A DNA stretch of 64,000 nucleotides, taken from positions 1 through 64,000 of the forward strand of contig NW_024056007.1 in assembly GCF_902713615.1 (NCBI RefSeq), in the 5' to 3' direction. The notes below the pieces were generated by a model that was given only the letters and a program-made list of their open reading frames with translations, searched no databases and was not told where the DNA came from. Source of the stretch: Scyliorhinus canicula (lineage: Eukaryota). The translations under genes were made by a program, and so were the position numbers. Each line of letters starts with the position of its first letter. Within the stretch, counting starts at the first letter, position 1. Positions 37,640 through 48,929 of the stretch are shown here, in pieces.

Positions 37640-40450
37640 CGGAGGAGGATGGAATTTTACTGGGAAGGAAATACTGAGAAGTGTTATATTGAGGACTAGA
37701 GTGAACTTGTTCCCCGTGATACTTCCGAGTCTATAACTCCACGGTGCAATAAATCCTCTGTAGGAGCAGACAGCCCATCACGAGGTTTTTCATCCTCCAA
37801 GGTGTTGAGAATGCTCGCGTTTCTCTGTCCAGATATTATACAGAGAGATCTCTGTGATCAGCAGCCGGAAGAAAGGTAACGGTTCATTTTGAGGATCAGC
37901 AAACCCATTTATGCTGAACCTAATGAGGTGGAGCCCAAAGACATTCCTTCCTATCCTGTATCACGGAAGGCTTAGAGAACAGCAAAAGAGAGAACCTGGA
38001 TATTCTGCGAAATCTGGATGAGATGACGAAGGCCCTCGAGTCCTTCCCGAAGATTAAAACTCCAGAAGCGATGGTTTATCGGCTGAGACGTATTCAGCTC
38101 TGTGGGACTGATCGGCCCAGAACTGTTTGAAGTGCATGGTAGTTTGCTGGCCGAGAGCATGCCAAATCCATGCGGAAAGGCATCATGACCCTTATCGACA
38201 AGCGGAAGGGGCGATGGGAAAAAAAATAGAAATTAGCACTCCATTGCACTGTTAAATGTGGATGGTAAAATTATATCAAAGGTCATTACCAATCGAGTGG
38301 TCTGCTCTGGAGTCGGTGATCCACCCTGGGCAGACCTGCTCTGTACCCGGCAAGAATATCTCTGACAGTCTCATGTTACTCAGGGATACGATCGCCTATG
38401 TGCTGAGCAAGGGTGTGGATACCTGCCTCATCAGCCAGGACCAAGAAAAGGCCTTTGACAGAATATAGCACACCTACATGATAGATGTGATCTCCAAAAT
38501 GTGCTTTCAGGACAAAATGCGCAATTGGATTCAAATGCACTGCACAAGCATCAGTAACGTTGTTTTAACCATTGCATGGTGATCAGAAAGCTTTCCAATT
38601 AAATATGGAGACAGTCAGGGCGGCCCTCGCTTTCCCGTCCTATTTGTGCATTGTGTAGAACCCTTTGCTAGTCCATCAGGCACGAATTCCGGCATAAGTA
38701 GATTGATGATCCGAGTTCATCAGTGCATCATTAAGCATTGGATGTTCTCAAGTCAAAACCTCTCTGTACACAGATGATGTCGCCATCCTGTGCTCGAATC
38801 CGCAGTCAGTACACAGACTGAGCAACATATGCGATCAGTTCGAACTGGTCTAGGGTTCCAAGGTAAATTGTGGCAAGAGCGACGCCATATTCTTTGGGAA
38901 CTGGGCAGACCGATCTCATTTCCGTTTACTGTCAGGTCAAATGGGCTGAAATGCTGAGGATATGGATCGGAGGGATCAGGATATGCGTTCAAACTGAAAG
39001 GAGGGAGTAGGAATGATGAACCAAAACCTGGGTATGTGGGAGCGATGCTCCCTCTCCATTCCGGATAAGAACATGTTCATCAGATGCAAGGAGCTCTCGG
39101 TGTTGCTGTACTGGTCTCCAAACCAGTTGCAGGTCTGGTCTATTCCTCATTCCTGTCCTGTTGGCGGGTTCTAAAGACATATTCCACTTCACCTAGGGGT
39201 CAGAAGTGGAGCGAGTTCGCAGGCAACAATGCGCAAACCTCTTGCTAAAGGGAGCAAAACCTTGCCCAACACCACGCTAATCCTGACGGCCACCTTTAAG
39301 TGTGGCTGAATCAAACTGGACATCAATTCTCGTCTGCACTTAAGGTCCTACAGGCTCTTGGGGAAAGGAGATGATTGAACCTGTCGGCTGCTTTCCAAAG
39401 CAGACTGTCAAGGTTATTTCGAAGAATGCCTCATGGCGAGAACTTTCAAACAAGTACCAAGACCTATCTTGGCTGGTGGTGAGAAAGGACCTCTCCGGTA
39501 GATCCTTCCTAAATGTTCGGAGTCTCATCCCATGTGCACGTTGCCCTCTGGATGACTATGACGTCAGAGTCCGTTGCCTACATTTTGTGGAATGTCCCTT
39601 TGCAAAGAAGGTTTGGAGTGAGATGAGGTGGTTTAGTCAAGCTTCACCCTCGAGCAGATCCATGATGCAGGACTCTGTGCTCTCCGGTTCATTCCCAGTG
39701 ACACACACCAAGACAAACGTCACTTGTTGCCGGAGGACCATTAACCCCGTGAAAGAAAAGTGGGCAGCACGGTAGCACAAGTGGATAGCATTGTGGCTTC
39801 ACAGCGGCAGTGCCCCAGGTTCGATTCCCCGCTGGGTCACTGTCTTTGCGGAGCCTGCACATTCTCCCCGTGTCGGCGTGGATTACCTCCGGATGCTCCG
39901 GTTTCCTCCCACAGTCCAAAGACGTGCAGCCATGATAAATTTCCCTTCGTGACCAAAAAGGTTAGGAGGGGTTAGTGGGTATCTGGGGATAGGGTGGATG
40001 TGAGGGCTTAAGTGGGTCAGTGGAGACTCGATGGACCGAATGGTCTCCTTCTGCACTGTATGTTCTGTAAGACGTTCTTTTGTTGACCCAAATCTTGTTG
40101 GTTTTAGAGAGCAAAGAGTTGTCCCCAACCGAGTGTTGCAGACCGCCACATTCCAAGGACCAGGACTATGTGCTGAGGGATGCACGAAAGCTTGAGGCAG
40201 CTCCCGATAGGCGAAATGGAGGAATGTCGCTGTCCACAACCTTTTAGCTACAGTGAACCAAGGGGCTGGGATTTCAATAGATCTCCCTCGGGCTGTAAGG
40301 CTCACAGTGAATGTGTACAGTGAATAATATTACATGTATCACAATGAGATTGAAGCACCTTAGAGTGCAACTTGATCTATGTTGACAACGTAAATGCCAT
40401 TGCACCATTTGTAATAACATTTTGAAATGTCTATAAAATTGATTTGCTTA
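37640..40450 (+). mobile_element. Heavily decayed Tx1/L1-type LINE with a V-SINE insertion at about 39766-40068
   Basis: VIHPGQTCSVPGKNISDSLMLLRDTI..DQEKAFDRI and CLHFVECPFAKKVW. Confidence 0.75.
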
Positions 40451-41369
40451 TATTGAAGCAAGTCATTCTGTGTCACTGCAAAACAATGAATATGACAGAA
40501 CTGGAAATGAATTCACTTGAAACATTAAATGAAAAAGTCAGAAGGTCTATGGGGCAGGACACATTGGTTTAAATGAGAGTTCACTCTGTATAAAAATTAG
40601 GTCTCTGTCTGCGTGGGTATTGTCAATGTGCCGCATCATGTTGTATTCTGATTCTCAGCTGCCAGGCTGACTCAAGCTGCCGGTTCTGAGGCTCCAGATT
40701 TCTGATCAAGCATTTTAACGAGGTCCCATCAACACCATCAGGTTTTGTTAAAGATGTTCCCAGCAGCATGGAAATAGTGGAAATCCGATCACCCAATAAA
40801 AACACATGAACCGACTTCCCACCCACACACTACTGTAGGGAGAGGTGTGTGGCAGCCTCCATTGACAGGACAAACGTTTCCCCTTTCCTGAACTGTTCTG
40901 GAGGACTAGGGGGTCACACTGAGGTGAGAGGGGATTTCTAATCCAGCTCACAGATCCAATAAAGTGAGAGATAACTAAGCTCACTCTTTCAAATGGAGGG
41001 TCAGTCACACAACACACAACCAGAGAGCGTGGGTCGGTGAGGATTCATCGACAATCTTGTGGACACAACCCTCTGCCAACCAGCTCCAGATCACAGAAAG
41101 CGGGGCATTGCCAAACTGTGAGTGGCAACGGTCCAGTGTGGTCGCGGGTCGAGAGCTCTGAGGCAGAAATAGCTGCGGCTCTACGACTGAATGTTCAAAG
41201 CCCCTTTAAATCCTCAAGTTTACTAAAACCTTTGGGCGGGGCTAAATTTGCCGATTTGAGTGTCTGAAAGTACTTCAGTCCCGCTCTGACCCCGAATCTT
41301 CCAGATGAGTCTCGGTCTGCAGGCTCCATCACTCCATTATATAAACCATCAGATCCAGGCAGCGGAACG

Positions 41370-41839
41370 ATGGGAATCCACCTTCTTTTCACCCTGTGTG
41401 TCTGTTTACCCCGTGAGTACCAATCAGACTAACCCACATTGTTTGGATTTAACATAAAACTCTCCGAGTCCATCCCAATTACAGACCCTGTCTGGGATTT
41501 TAGCCTGATGTTTGCGTCTGCTCTGATGGTCCATTAAACTGTCTCTGTTCAATTTCCAGGATGTTTGAGTCAGTCAGTGACACAGAGACCGGCAGCGGTG
41601 ACCAGCGAGGAGTGTCAGACTCTCACCATCACCTGTGTTTTAAATGGTTATTATTATTATTTGAAAAATGGGGATTTCTTCAAACAAACCCACTCCGTGG
41701 CAGATTGGGAGCGGATCTCCAGCGGAGGGAGATTTATTGTGTCGGTGAATGAAGCAGAAAAGACATTTTCGCTGGAAATTCGGGATGTGAGAGTTGAAGA
41801 CAGCGCCACCTATTACTGTAAAGCTCAGTATAGGGACGA
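41370..41839 (+). CDS. NARTCRV: NAR-TCR V segment (leader exon 41370-41412, V exon 41560-41839)
   Basis: MGIHLLFTLCVCLP, GT-AG intron, then SQSVTQRPAAVTSEECQTLTITCVLNGYYYYLKNGDFFKQTHSVADWERISSGGRFIVSVNEAEKTFSLEIRDVRVEDSATYYCKAQYRD. IgNAR-like short V lacking a conventional CDR2; open frame. Confidence 0.88.
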
Positions 41840-41877
41840 CACAGTGATGGGTCTCGGCTTCCCGCGATACAAATATC
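41840..41877 (+). promoter_or_regulatory. V 3' recombination signal (22-nt spacer)
   Basis: CACAGTG 41840-41846; ACAAATATC 41869-41877. Confidence 0.85.
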
Positions 41878-42195
41878 CCTCACTGCGGATTATAACAGAA
41901 TCAAATGAGGAAGCGGAGTTAATCTGCCCCGAAACCCCCACAGTTCCGCCTCACACTGTCTGTCCCACACTCTGGTCTATAATGAGACTGGACCATTACC
42001 GTTAGCATCTTGAGTTTTATAAATGCCGAGTCTATGATGGTGATGCCTTTCCCGGATTGATGTCAGTGAATGGAGACAGGGAATGACTGATTTCAGTTAC
42101 AACACCCCGACACCAGATGTGATCCTGGTCTAACAGCTGGAACATGAAACAGCAGTCCTCGCTGTTAACCGAATGTCTCACATCAAGTATCCGGG

Positions 42196-42266
42196 GGATT
42201 TGATACTGACTTGTAACATTGTGTTATATTGGGTTAGTCACAGTGGGAGAGACCGGAGCAAATACC
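42196..42266 (+). other. D segment TTATATTGGGTTAGT (42224-42238) flanked by 12-spacer RSS on both sides
   Basis: GGATTTGAT-12-CATTGTG upstream; CACAGTG-12-GCAAATACC downstream. Confidence 0.75.
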
Positions 42267-42569
42267 TCTGTACAATTTAAATATAAATTCTCCGTGTGTG
42301 GAGAGGGGACTATCGGGTTGATGTTATTATCGCTGTAATATGGTTTAATTTAATTCTAATTTCCACCACACACATCTTTTACATTTTTGTTGCTTTATAT
42401 GAAGTGAACATGTCCTACATGGGGACATTTGCGAAGCGTTCTGGGCCTCACAAAGAACAGTTTGAACCGACTTTCAAACCATAAATATTCTTTATTTATT
42501 TAAATCCGCTGAATAAATGGGAAGTTCGGACATTCTGACGATGATTTTCCAGCAAGTTGAGCTGTTGGT

Positions 42570-42661
42570 GGTTCTTGTACCAGGGAGGCTGAAAGCGGTG
42601 TCACTGTGTTTTAAGTATGGCTATATGGATGGATCCGGCACGTTGGTCACTATCACAGCCG
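42570..42661 (+). CDS. NAR-TCR J segment with 23-spacer RSS
   Basis: GGTTCTTGT-23-CACTGTG (42570-42608); FKYGYMDGSGTLVTITA; phase-1 donor G|GTAAGT at 42661/42662. Confidence 0.85.
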
Positions 42662-43874
42662 GTAAGTGATTTCAAACTCCACGAGTTACAGACTGTCCTG
42701 GTTAATGTTCACCGTCAGTTTATTATTGTGGTCGGTATCGCTTTAATGCTATCCAACATAAAACGCATCTCTCAAGAATATTCTCCGTTACAGATTTGGA
42801 TTTGGGGGTAGGACATGATTAAGGAGAAGGGTCCAGATTTTTTCTGGGGAAAATGTCTGTGAGAGCCAATGGAGCAGGTAGTCAGCAGTGTCAGGATAGT
42901 GAGTGTTGGTTGGGGGTGTTGCTGTTGGACGGAGTATGGAGGCTGACAACATTTGGACCATTATTGGTTTAACGGGCACATCAGGGGTAACATCAACATC
43001 TCGTACTCACATACACTAATCAATTTTAACGAGAGCAGGTTAGCGACCCACCCGACACAATCAAGTCGATTTCTGTGACCAAGTGAACAATATCCCTCGG
43101 TAAGGGAACTGGTAAGGGGTGGCAGAGCTCTCCCCTGGGCAGCAAATTGCCGTTTCAGCCGCGCAATGCGAATGAGGAACCAGGTGAATAAACTCAAAAC
43201 AACAGTGGCCAATTGAGATACCGACAGGGCATCCTTCAATCCCTGACCCGGGAGTGAAAACCGGAGGCTGGCACAATGGAGTTCAGATATTAGAGATCCT
43301 CTTGTAGGTCCAGCTACAATTTTTATTATTGGGCAATCAGTCACTGAAATTAACAACTTTTGACGTGTCATGACTTTCAATTACCTTCACATAACCAATC
43401 ACGTGTTGCTTCTTTTTCGCCTTTACACCTGAATACGATTTTTGGGAACAGAAGAAACTTCACTATATTGAATGTAGATGTTTGAGAGATGGGATTGCTG
43501 TAATGTATCGGTGTCGCTAATTATGATTAATTGAAACAACACAGTGCAATGAGAGAGTGAGGATGACATATCAATATTAGAAAAGTGAACAGGAACAACA
43601 GGGGACCATTTTAAACTGGGGGAATGCTCATTTAGAATCAGTAAGGAAGGGAGAGATGGATTGGATGATCTCTGGTGGCCGTTCAGGGTATAATCAGACT
43701 CTAGGACGGGGAGGGGGAGGAGCGGAATGACTGCAGGACCCAGGCCTGGGATAATGTGTAAAGTGTTTCTCTGGGTACCTAAGGTAGCACCTACAAGCTT
43801 TACAGGGAGTGTGCCAAACGATCGTCATAATGAACCCTCAGACAAAGGGATTGTCCCACGAGAAAAATTGAGAT

Positions 43875-45130
43875 ATAAGAACATAAGAACATAAGAACTA
43901 GGAGCAGGAGTAGGCAACCTGGCCCTTAGAGCCTGCTCCGCCATTCAATTAGATCATGGCTGATCTTTTGTGGACTCAGCTCCACTTTCCGGCCCGAACA
44001 CCATAACCCTTAATCCCTTTATTCTTCAAAAAACTATCTATCTTTACCTTAAAAACATGTAATGAAGGAGCCTCAACTGCTTCACTGGGCAAGGAATTCC
44101 ATAGATTCACAACCCTTTGGGTGAAGAAGTTCCTCCTAAATTCAGTCCTAAATCTACTTCCCCTTATTTTGAGGCTATGTCCCCTAGTTCTGCTGTCACC
44201 CGCCAGTGGAAACAACCTGCCCGCATCTATCCTATCTATTCCCTTCATAATTTTAAATGTTTCTATTAGATCCCCCCTCATCCTTCTAAATTCCAACGAG
44301 TACAGTCCCAGTCTACTCAACCTCTCCTCGTAATCCAACCCCTTCAGCTCTGGGATTAACCTAGTGAATCTCCTCTGCACACCCTCCAGCGCCAGTACGT
44401 CCTTTCTCAAGTAAGGAGACCAAAACTGAACACAATACTCCAGGTGTGGCCGCACTAACACCTTATACAATTGCAACATAACCTCCCTAGTCTTAAACTC
44501 CATCCCTCTAGCAATGAAGGACAAAATTCCATTTGCCTTCTTAATCACCTGTTGCACTTGTAAACCAACCTTCTGTGACTCATGCACTAGCACACCCAAG
44601 TCTCTCTGAACAGCGGCATGCTTTAATATTTTATCGTTTAAATAATAATCCCGTTTGCTGTTATTCCTACCAAAATGGATAACCTCACATTTGTCAACAT
44701 TGTATTCCATCTGCCAGACCCGAGCCCATTCACTTAACCTATCCAAATCCCTCTGCAGACTTCCAGTATCCTCTGCACTTTTCGCTCTACCACTCATCTT
44801 AGTGTCATCTGCAAACTTGGACACATTGCCCTTGGTCCCCAACTCCAAATCATCTATGTAAATTGTGAACAATTGTGGACCCAACACGGATCCCTGAGGG
44901 ACACCACTAGCTACTGATTGCCAACCAGAGAAACACCCATTTATCCCAACTCTTTGCTTTCTATTAATTAACCAATCCTCTATCCATGCTACTACTTTAC
45001 CCTTAATGCCATGCATCTTTATCTTATGCAGCAACCTTTTGTGTGGCACCTTGTCAAAGGCTTTCTGGAAATCCAGATATACCACATCCATCGGCTCCCC
45101 GTTATCTACTGCACTGGTAATGTCCTCAAA
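43875..45130 (-). mobile_element. Young 5'-truncated CR1 in the J-to-supporting-V intron
   Basis: Open 371-aa RT C-half; (AAGAACAT)n tail; candidate TSD AGATAT at 43871-43876 and 45130-45135. Confidence 0.93.
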
Positions 45131-46639
45131 GATATCTCGGCCTATAGTCCATAGAGTTTAGGAGAATGAGAAGTCTCATTAGAATACATAGTATTGAGAA
45201 GGGTTTTGACAAAGAAGTTGAGTGTGTGCTTCCGCAAACTGGGAAATCGAACACCTGGGACCATATTTTCAGAATGAGGGATCTGCCATTAGAGCCAAGA
45301 AAATACATGACTTCAGTAAAACCGCTGTTGTGAGTTTGTGGCATTGTATACCTCATGGAGGTATGAGTGGTAGAGTGTATTTTAAACAGCTTAGATTGAT
45401 TTCTTGATGCCGAAATTATCAAGGATATACGGAAAGCGAGGGAATGTGATCTCACGTTACAATACTGTTGAATTGACGAGACAGATCTGAAAGGTGATGT
45501 GGCCGGCTCTTCTTTCTTTAATTGGTATTCTCTGCATTAATTTCGTACATTGATGAGAAAAGAGACCACCAGAAATCTATGGCTCTCCGCAAAAAGTGAG
45601 CAGGCCAGACCCCACTCTCTGGACGACAGAGAAAAAGGAGTAGAATTCAGAGATTTTTGGGGAATTATGAACAGATTCTATTTCCTGGATGTGTAACAAG
45701 TATTTATTTGTGGATGGGTCCACAGCAATGAGTGATTAATATATATCAGTAAAAACAACTACATATATAAGTAGAACAAATGTCAACACAGGAAGGTCAG
45801 AATGCGGAGGCTAATGCCAAATGGCGTGTGTGGAGGAGATAATATTGCTACATTTATGGAAATACTTGGAGGTACAGAAAGGAGAGCGGAATAGACCGAC
45901 ACAGAGAGCTGCATAGAAATTGTCAATTAGGCTGGGGCTGCGGCAGGTCGGTCTGGGAAGTAGGGTGATCATTGCTCGGCACAACATCGAGGGCCGAAGG
46001 GCCTGTTCTGTGCTGTACTGTTCTATAAAAAAAATTTACACAGATATCTAGCAGTCGGGCCGAATGGTCTACTTCTCTTCTGCCAATCTTGTACAATGTT
46101 AAAGTTAGAGCCCAGTCAACCCAGAGAAGCCGGGAGAGAATCAGTTAATAGGCGGAAAGCATTGAAATGTTCAGAGAGCCGGAAAAGGCAGTTCCCAGTG
46201 AGTAACAGACAAAACATTGCGGTAATTGAACAGACAGATTCCAACCGACAACTGTGAGACTTTGGGACAAGTTCCCACCGTAACAGAAAACTTAAACAGC
46301 ACAAAGTAAATGTTGAAATAAAATTAAACTTACTGTAAATTTTCCAAAATAAAGGGAAATACAGAAAATTGGAGTCCATTAACATAAGAAATTAGAATAA
46401 TAGAGCAAAAGCTAGATGGAAACTCTGGGGCAGTGAATGATTGATCACTGTCGCGGTGGCCTCATTGCTGCTGACGAACGGCAATAGCTTTGTTTGATTT
46501 TGCAGTGTGCAATGACGCACCCCGGCCATTATCTTCTTGGAAACTGGTGACCTCACTAATTAAAGTTTTCCAGTGAGTTTGTTTCTCAACAATAAAAATA
46601 ACAGAAATGTGGTGTAGATCATAGAATCAAAGGGAGGCG

Positions 46640-46960
46640 ATGCTACAGTGTTATTGTCACTATGCTTGCAATCTAGAGACCAGGGTCATGCTCTGTGGAC
46701 CGGGTTCGATTCACAAAATAATTGGGAATTAAAATGATAATATTGACCATTAATCCATTGGCACTGTCATAACGACCCATGGAGTTCACAAATGTCCTGT
46801 TGGGAAGGAAATCTGCCAACTTCACCAGGTCTACAGGTGACTCCAGATGCACAGAAATTGAGTCCCTTAAAAATGCTCTGTGAACTGCACTCAAATGGAT
46901 GGGCATTAATCGCTGGGCAACATCCCATGAACAAAGATGCGCATGACATTCGGCCATCCT
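46640..46960 (+). mobile_element. DeuSINE (SacSINE1-like), old
   Basis: tRNA-like GGTTCGATTC head and GGGAAGGAAATCTGCC..GTGACTCCAG core. Confidence 0.5.
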
Positions 46961-47261
46961 GCAGATACTGCCTCTTTTAATGTGATAGACAATCGTTCCC
47001 AGTACTCTTGCAATTTCCCCGTTCAAACGCCGATTCGTTACCCTTTGATCTTTGACCATGACCAATTTTGACAGTGCAATTCATTAAAGAAAGATGATAT
47101 CGTTTCATCTCCCGCTATGATCAAATTTCAAATACAGAATGCGATTCTAATTGGCTACAAATCAAACTAAGAAGAACCATTCACACGGTTGACAAACACA
47201 TCCGGGGTTAACAGCAGCGAAGCAAACAAAAAATGTTTATTTATCATCCTCCACTTTCCAG

Positions 47262-47560
47262 TTCCCTGGTGTCCAAGAACCCGCCTCTCCAAACCTCTGC
47301 TCCCGGTGACACAGTTACTTTAAATTGGGAATATTCAGGGTTCTGTCAGTACACAGTACACTGGTACCGTCAGTCCCCAGGACAAGCTCCGGAATTCCTG
47401 CTTCAGAGACACACTACCGGAGAGGAAAATAAAGGAAAAGCAGCCGGAGGAAATATTGCTGCTCCTATCGATCATGTCAAGAAAATCAGCCGGATAAAGA
47501 TCACCGAAATTCAACTGAGCGACTCCGCTGTGTATTACTGTGCACTGAGCCGGCACACAG
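47262..47560 (+). pseudogene. NAR-TCR-supporting TCR-delta V segment, defective
   Basis: LVSKNPPLQTSAPGDTVTLNWEYSGFCQYTVHWYRQSPGQAPEFLL..LSDSAVYYCALS. No leader found nearby; extra CDR1 Cys; the first canonical Cys is Trp (47326-47328). Confidence 0.82.
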
Positions 47561-48190
47561 AACAGTGATTCAGAGCACGGAGAGAGCTGTACAAAAACCT
47601 GAACATGGTGAGGATTACACACACAGTGATACAGAGCACGGAGAGAGCTGTACAGAAACCTGAACATGGTGAGGATTACACACAGTGATACAGAGCACGG
47701 AGAGAGCTGTACAGAAACCTGAACATGGTGAGGATTACAGACAGTGATACAGAGCACGGAGAGAGCTGTACAGAAACCTGAACATGGTGAGGGTTACACA
47801 CACAGTGACACTGAGCACGGAGAGAGCTGTACAGAAACCTGAACATGGTGAGGATTACACACACAGTGATACAGAGCACGGACGGAGTTGTACAGAGACC
47901 TGAACACGGTGAAGATTACACACACAGTGATACAGAGCACGGAGAGAGCTATGCAGAAACCTGAACATGGTGAGGATTACAGACAGTGATACAGAGCACG
48001 GAGAGAGCTGTACAGAAACCTGAACATGGTGAGGATTACAGACAGTGATACAGAGCACGGAGAGAGCTGCACAGAAACCTGAACATGATGAGGATTACAG
48101 ACAGACAGTGTCACTGAGCACGGAGTGTGTCGCGGAAACCGCGACACTGGGCGGATTACAGGAACACTGTGACACAGAGCACGGGTATAG
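47561..48190 (+). repeat. Tandem array of 23-spacer RSS units (59-63 bp period)
   Basis: Consensus CACAGTG-ATACAGAGCACGGAGAGAGCTGT-ACAGAAACC-TGAACATGGTGAGGATTACA(CA). Heptamers start at 47561, 47622, 47681, 47740, 47801, 47862, 47923, 47982, 48041 and 48104. Confidence 0.95.
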
Positions 48191-48749
48191 TACCTGCACA
48201 GTTTTCTGAATTGAAGGCATTTGAAAGGAATAGACAAGCACTCCCACGCACAGACACACCGAAAATGCATTGAATCTCGACGAATGTATTTACAATTAAC
48301 TTTGACTATTTGGAGCAGGATATACATTTTTTAAGATCGTCAAGTTTTCACATTCCTTCTTGTTCATTGGAACTGTCAATATCCATCTCTCTGTCCTGAC
48401 AAAGTAATTAATTTCATTAAAGTTTGAGCCACTGGAAAGAACAAAGAGGCCTGGTCTATTTGAACAAGATTCGTTGAAAGCTGTTATAGGGATTATTAAA
48501 ACGTACGGTTTTGTGGGCTTCATAACACATGTGTATGATACAAAAGAGAGGAAATTTTGCCAATCCTTGATACACAACTGGTTCACCCTGAAATGGAAAA
48601 TTGGGTGTGGTTCCGGAAATCGCTCTTCAGGTTCTATATTAACTCTTTAGAAAGTGTATTTGTTGACACGAATGAGTCTTAGAAACCTAGAAAGCATAGA
48701 GAAAATTGTAGCAGGAGGAGGCCATTCGGCCATTTCAGCCGGCTGCGCC

Positions 48750-48925
48750 GTTCTTTAGCACACTGGGCTAAATAGCTGGCTTTTAAAGCAGATCAAGGCA
48801 GACCAGTAGCGTGGGTTCAATTCCCGTACCAGCCTCCCCGAACAGGCGCCGGAATGTGGCGACTCCGGGCTTTTCACAATAATGTCATTTGAAGCCTACT
48901 TGTGACAATAAGCGATTTTCATTTT
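48750..48925 (+). mobile_element. tRNA-derived SINE (same family as 26229)
   Basis: GGGCTAAATAGCTGGC..CCCGAACAGGCGCCGGAATGTGGCGAC. Confidence 0.75.
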
Positions 48926-48929
48926 ATTT

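Noticed and set aside
41565-42005. 146-aa ORF as a standalone protein
   Set aside because: It is the V exon read through its RSS; the true start is the leader at 41370.
42292-42315. Possible second D (GTGTG-GAGAGGGGACTATC)
   Set aside because: No nonamer at 12 or 23 nt upstream and no 3' heptamer.
46170-46210. ATG..CCCA|GTGAGT as a leader for the supporting V
   Set aside because: Charged, non-hydrophobic peptide (MFREPEKAVP); not a signal sequence.
47561-48190. CRISPR-like array
   Set aside because: Eukaryotic context and no unique spacers; the units are tandem near-identical RSS copies.
47335-48327. Repetitive minus-strand ORFs (MLCITVCNPHHVQV..)
   Set aside because: Antisense translation of the RSS minisatellite.
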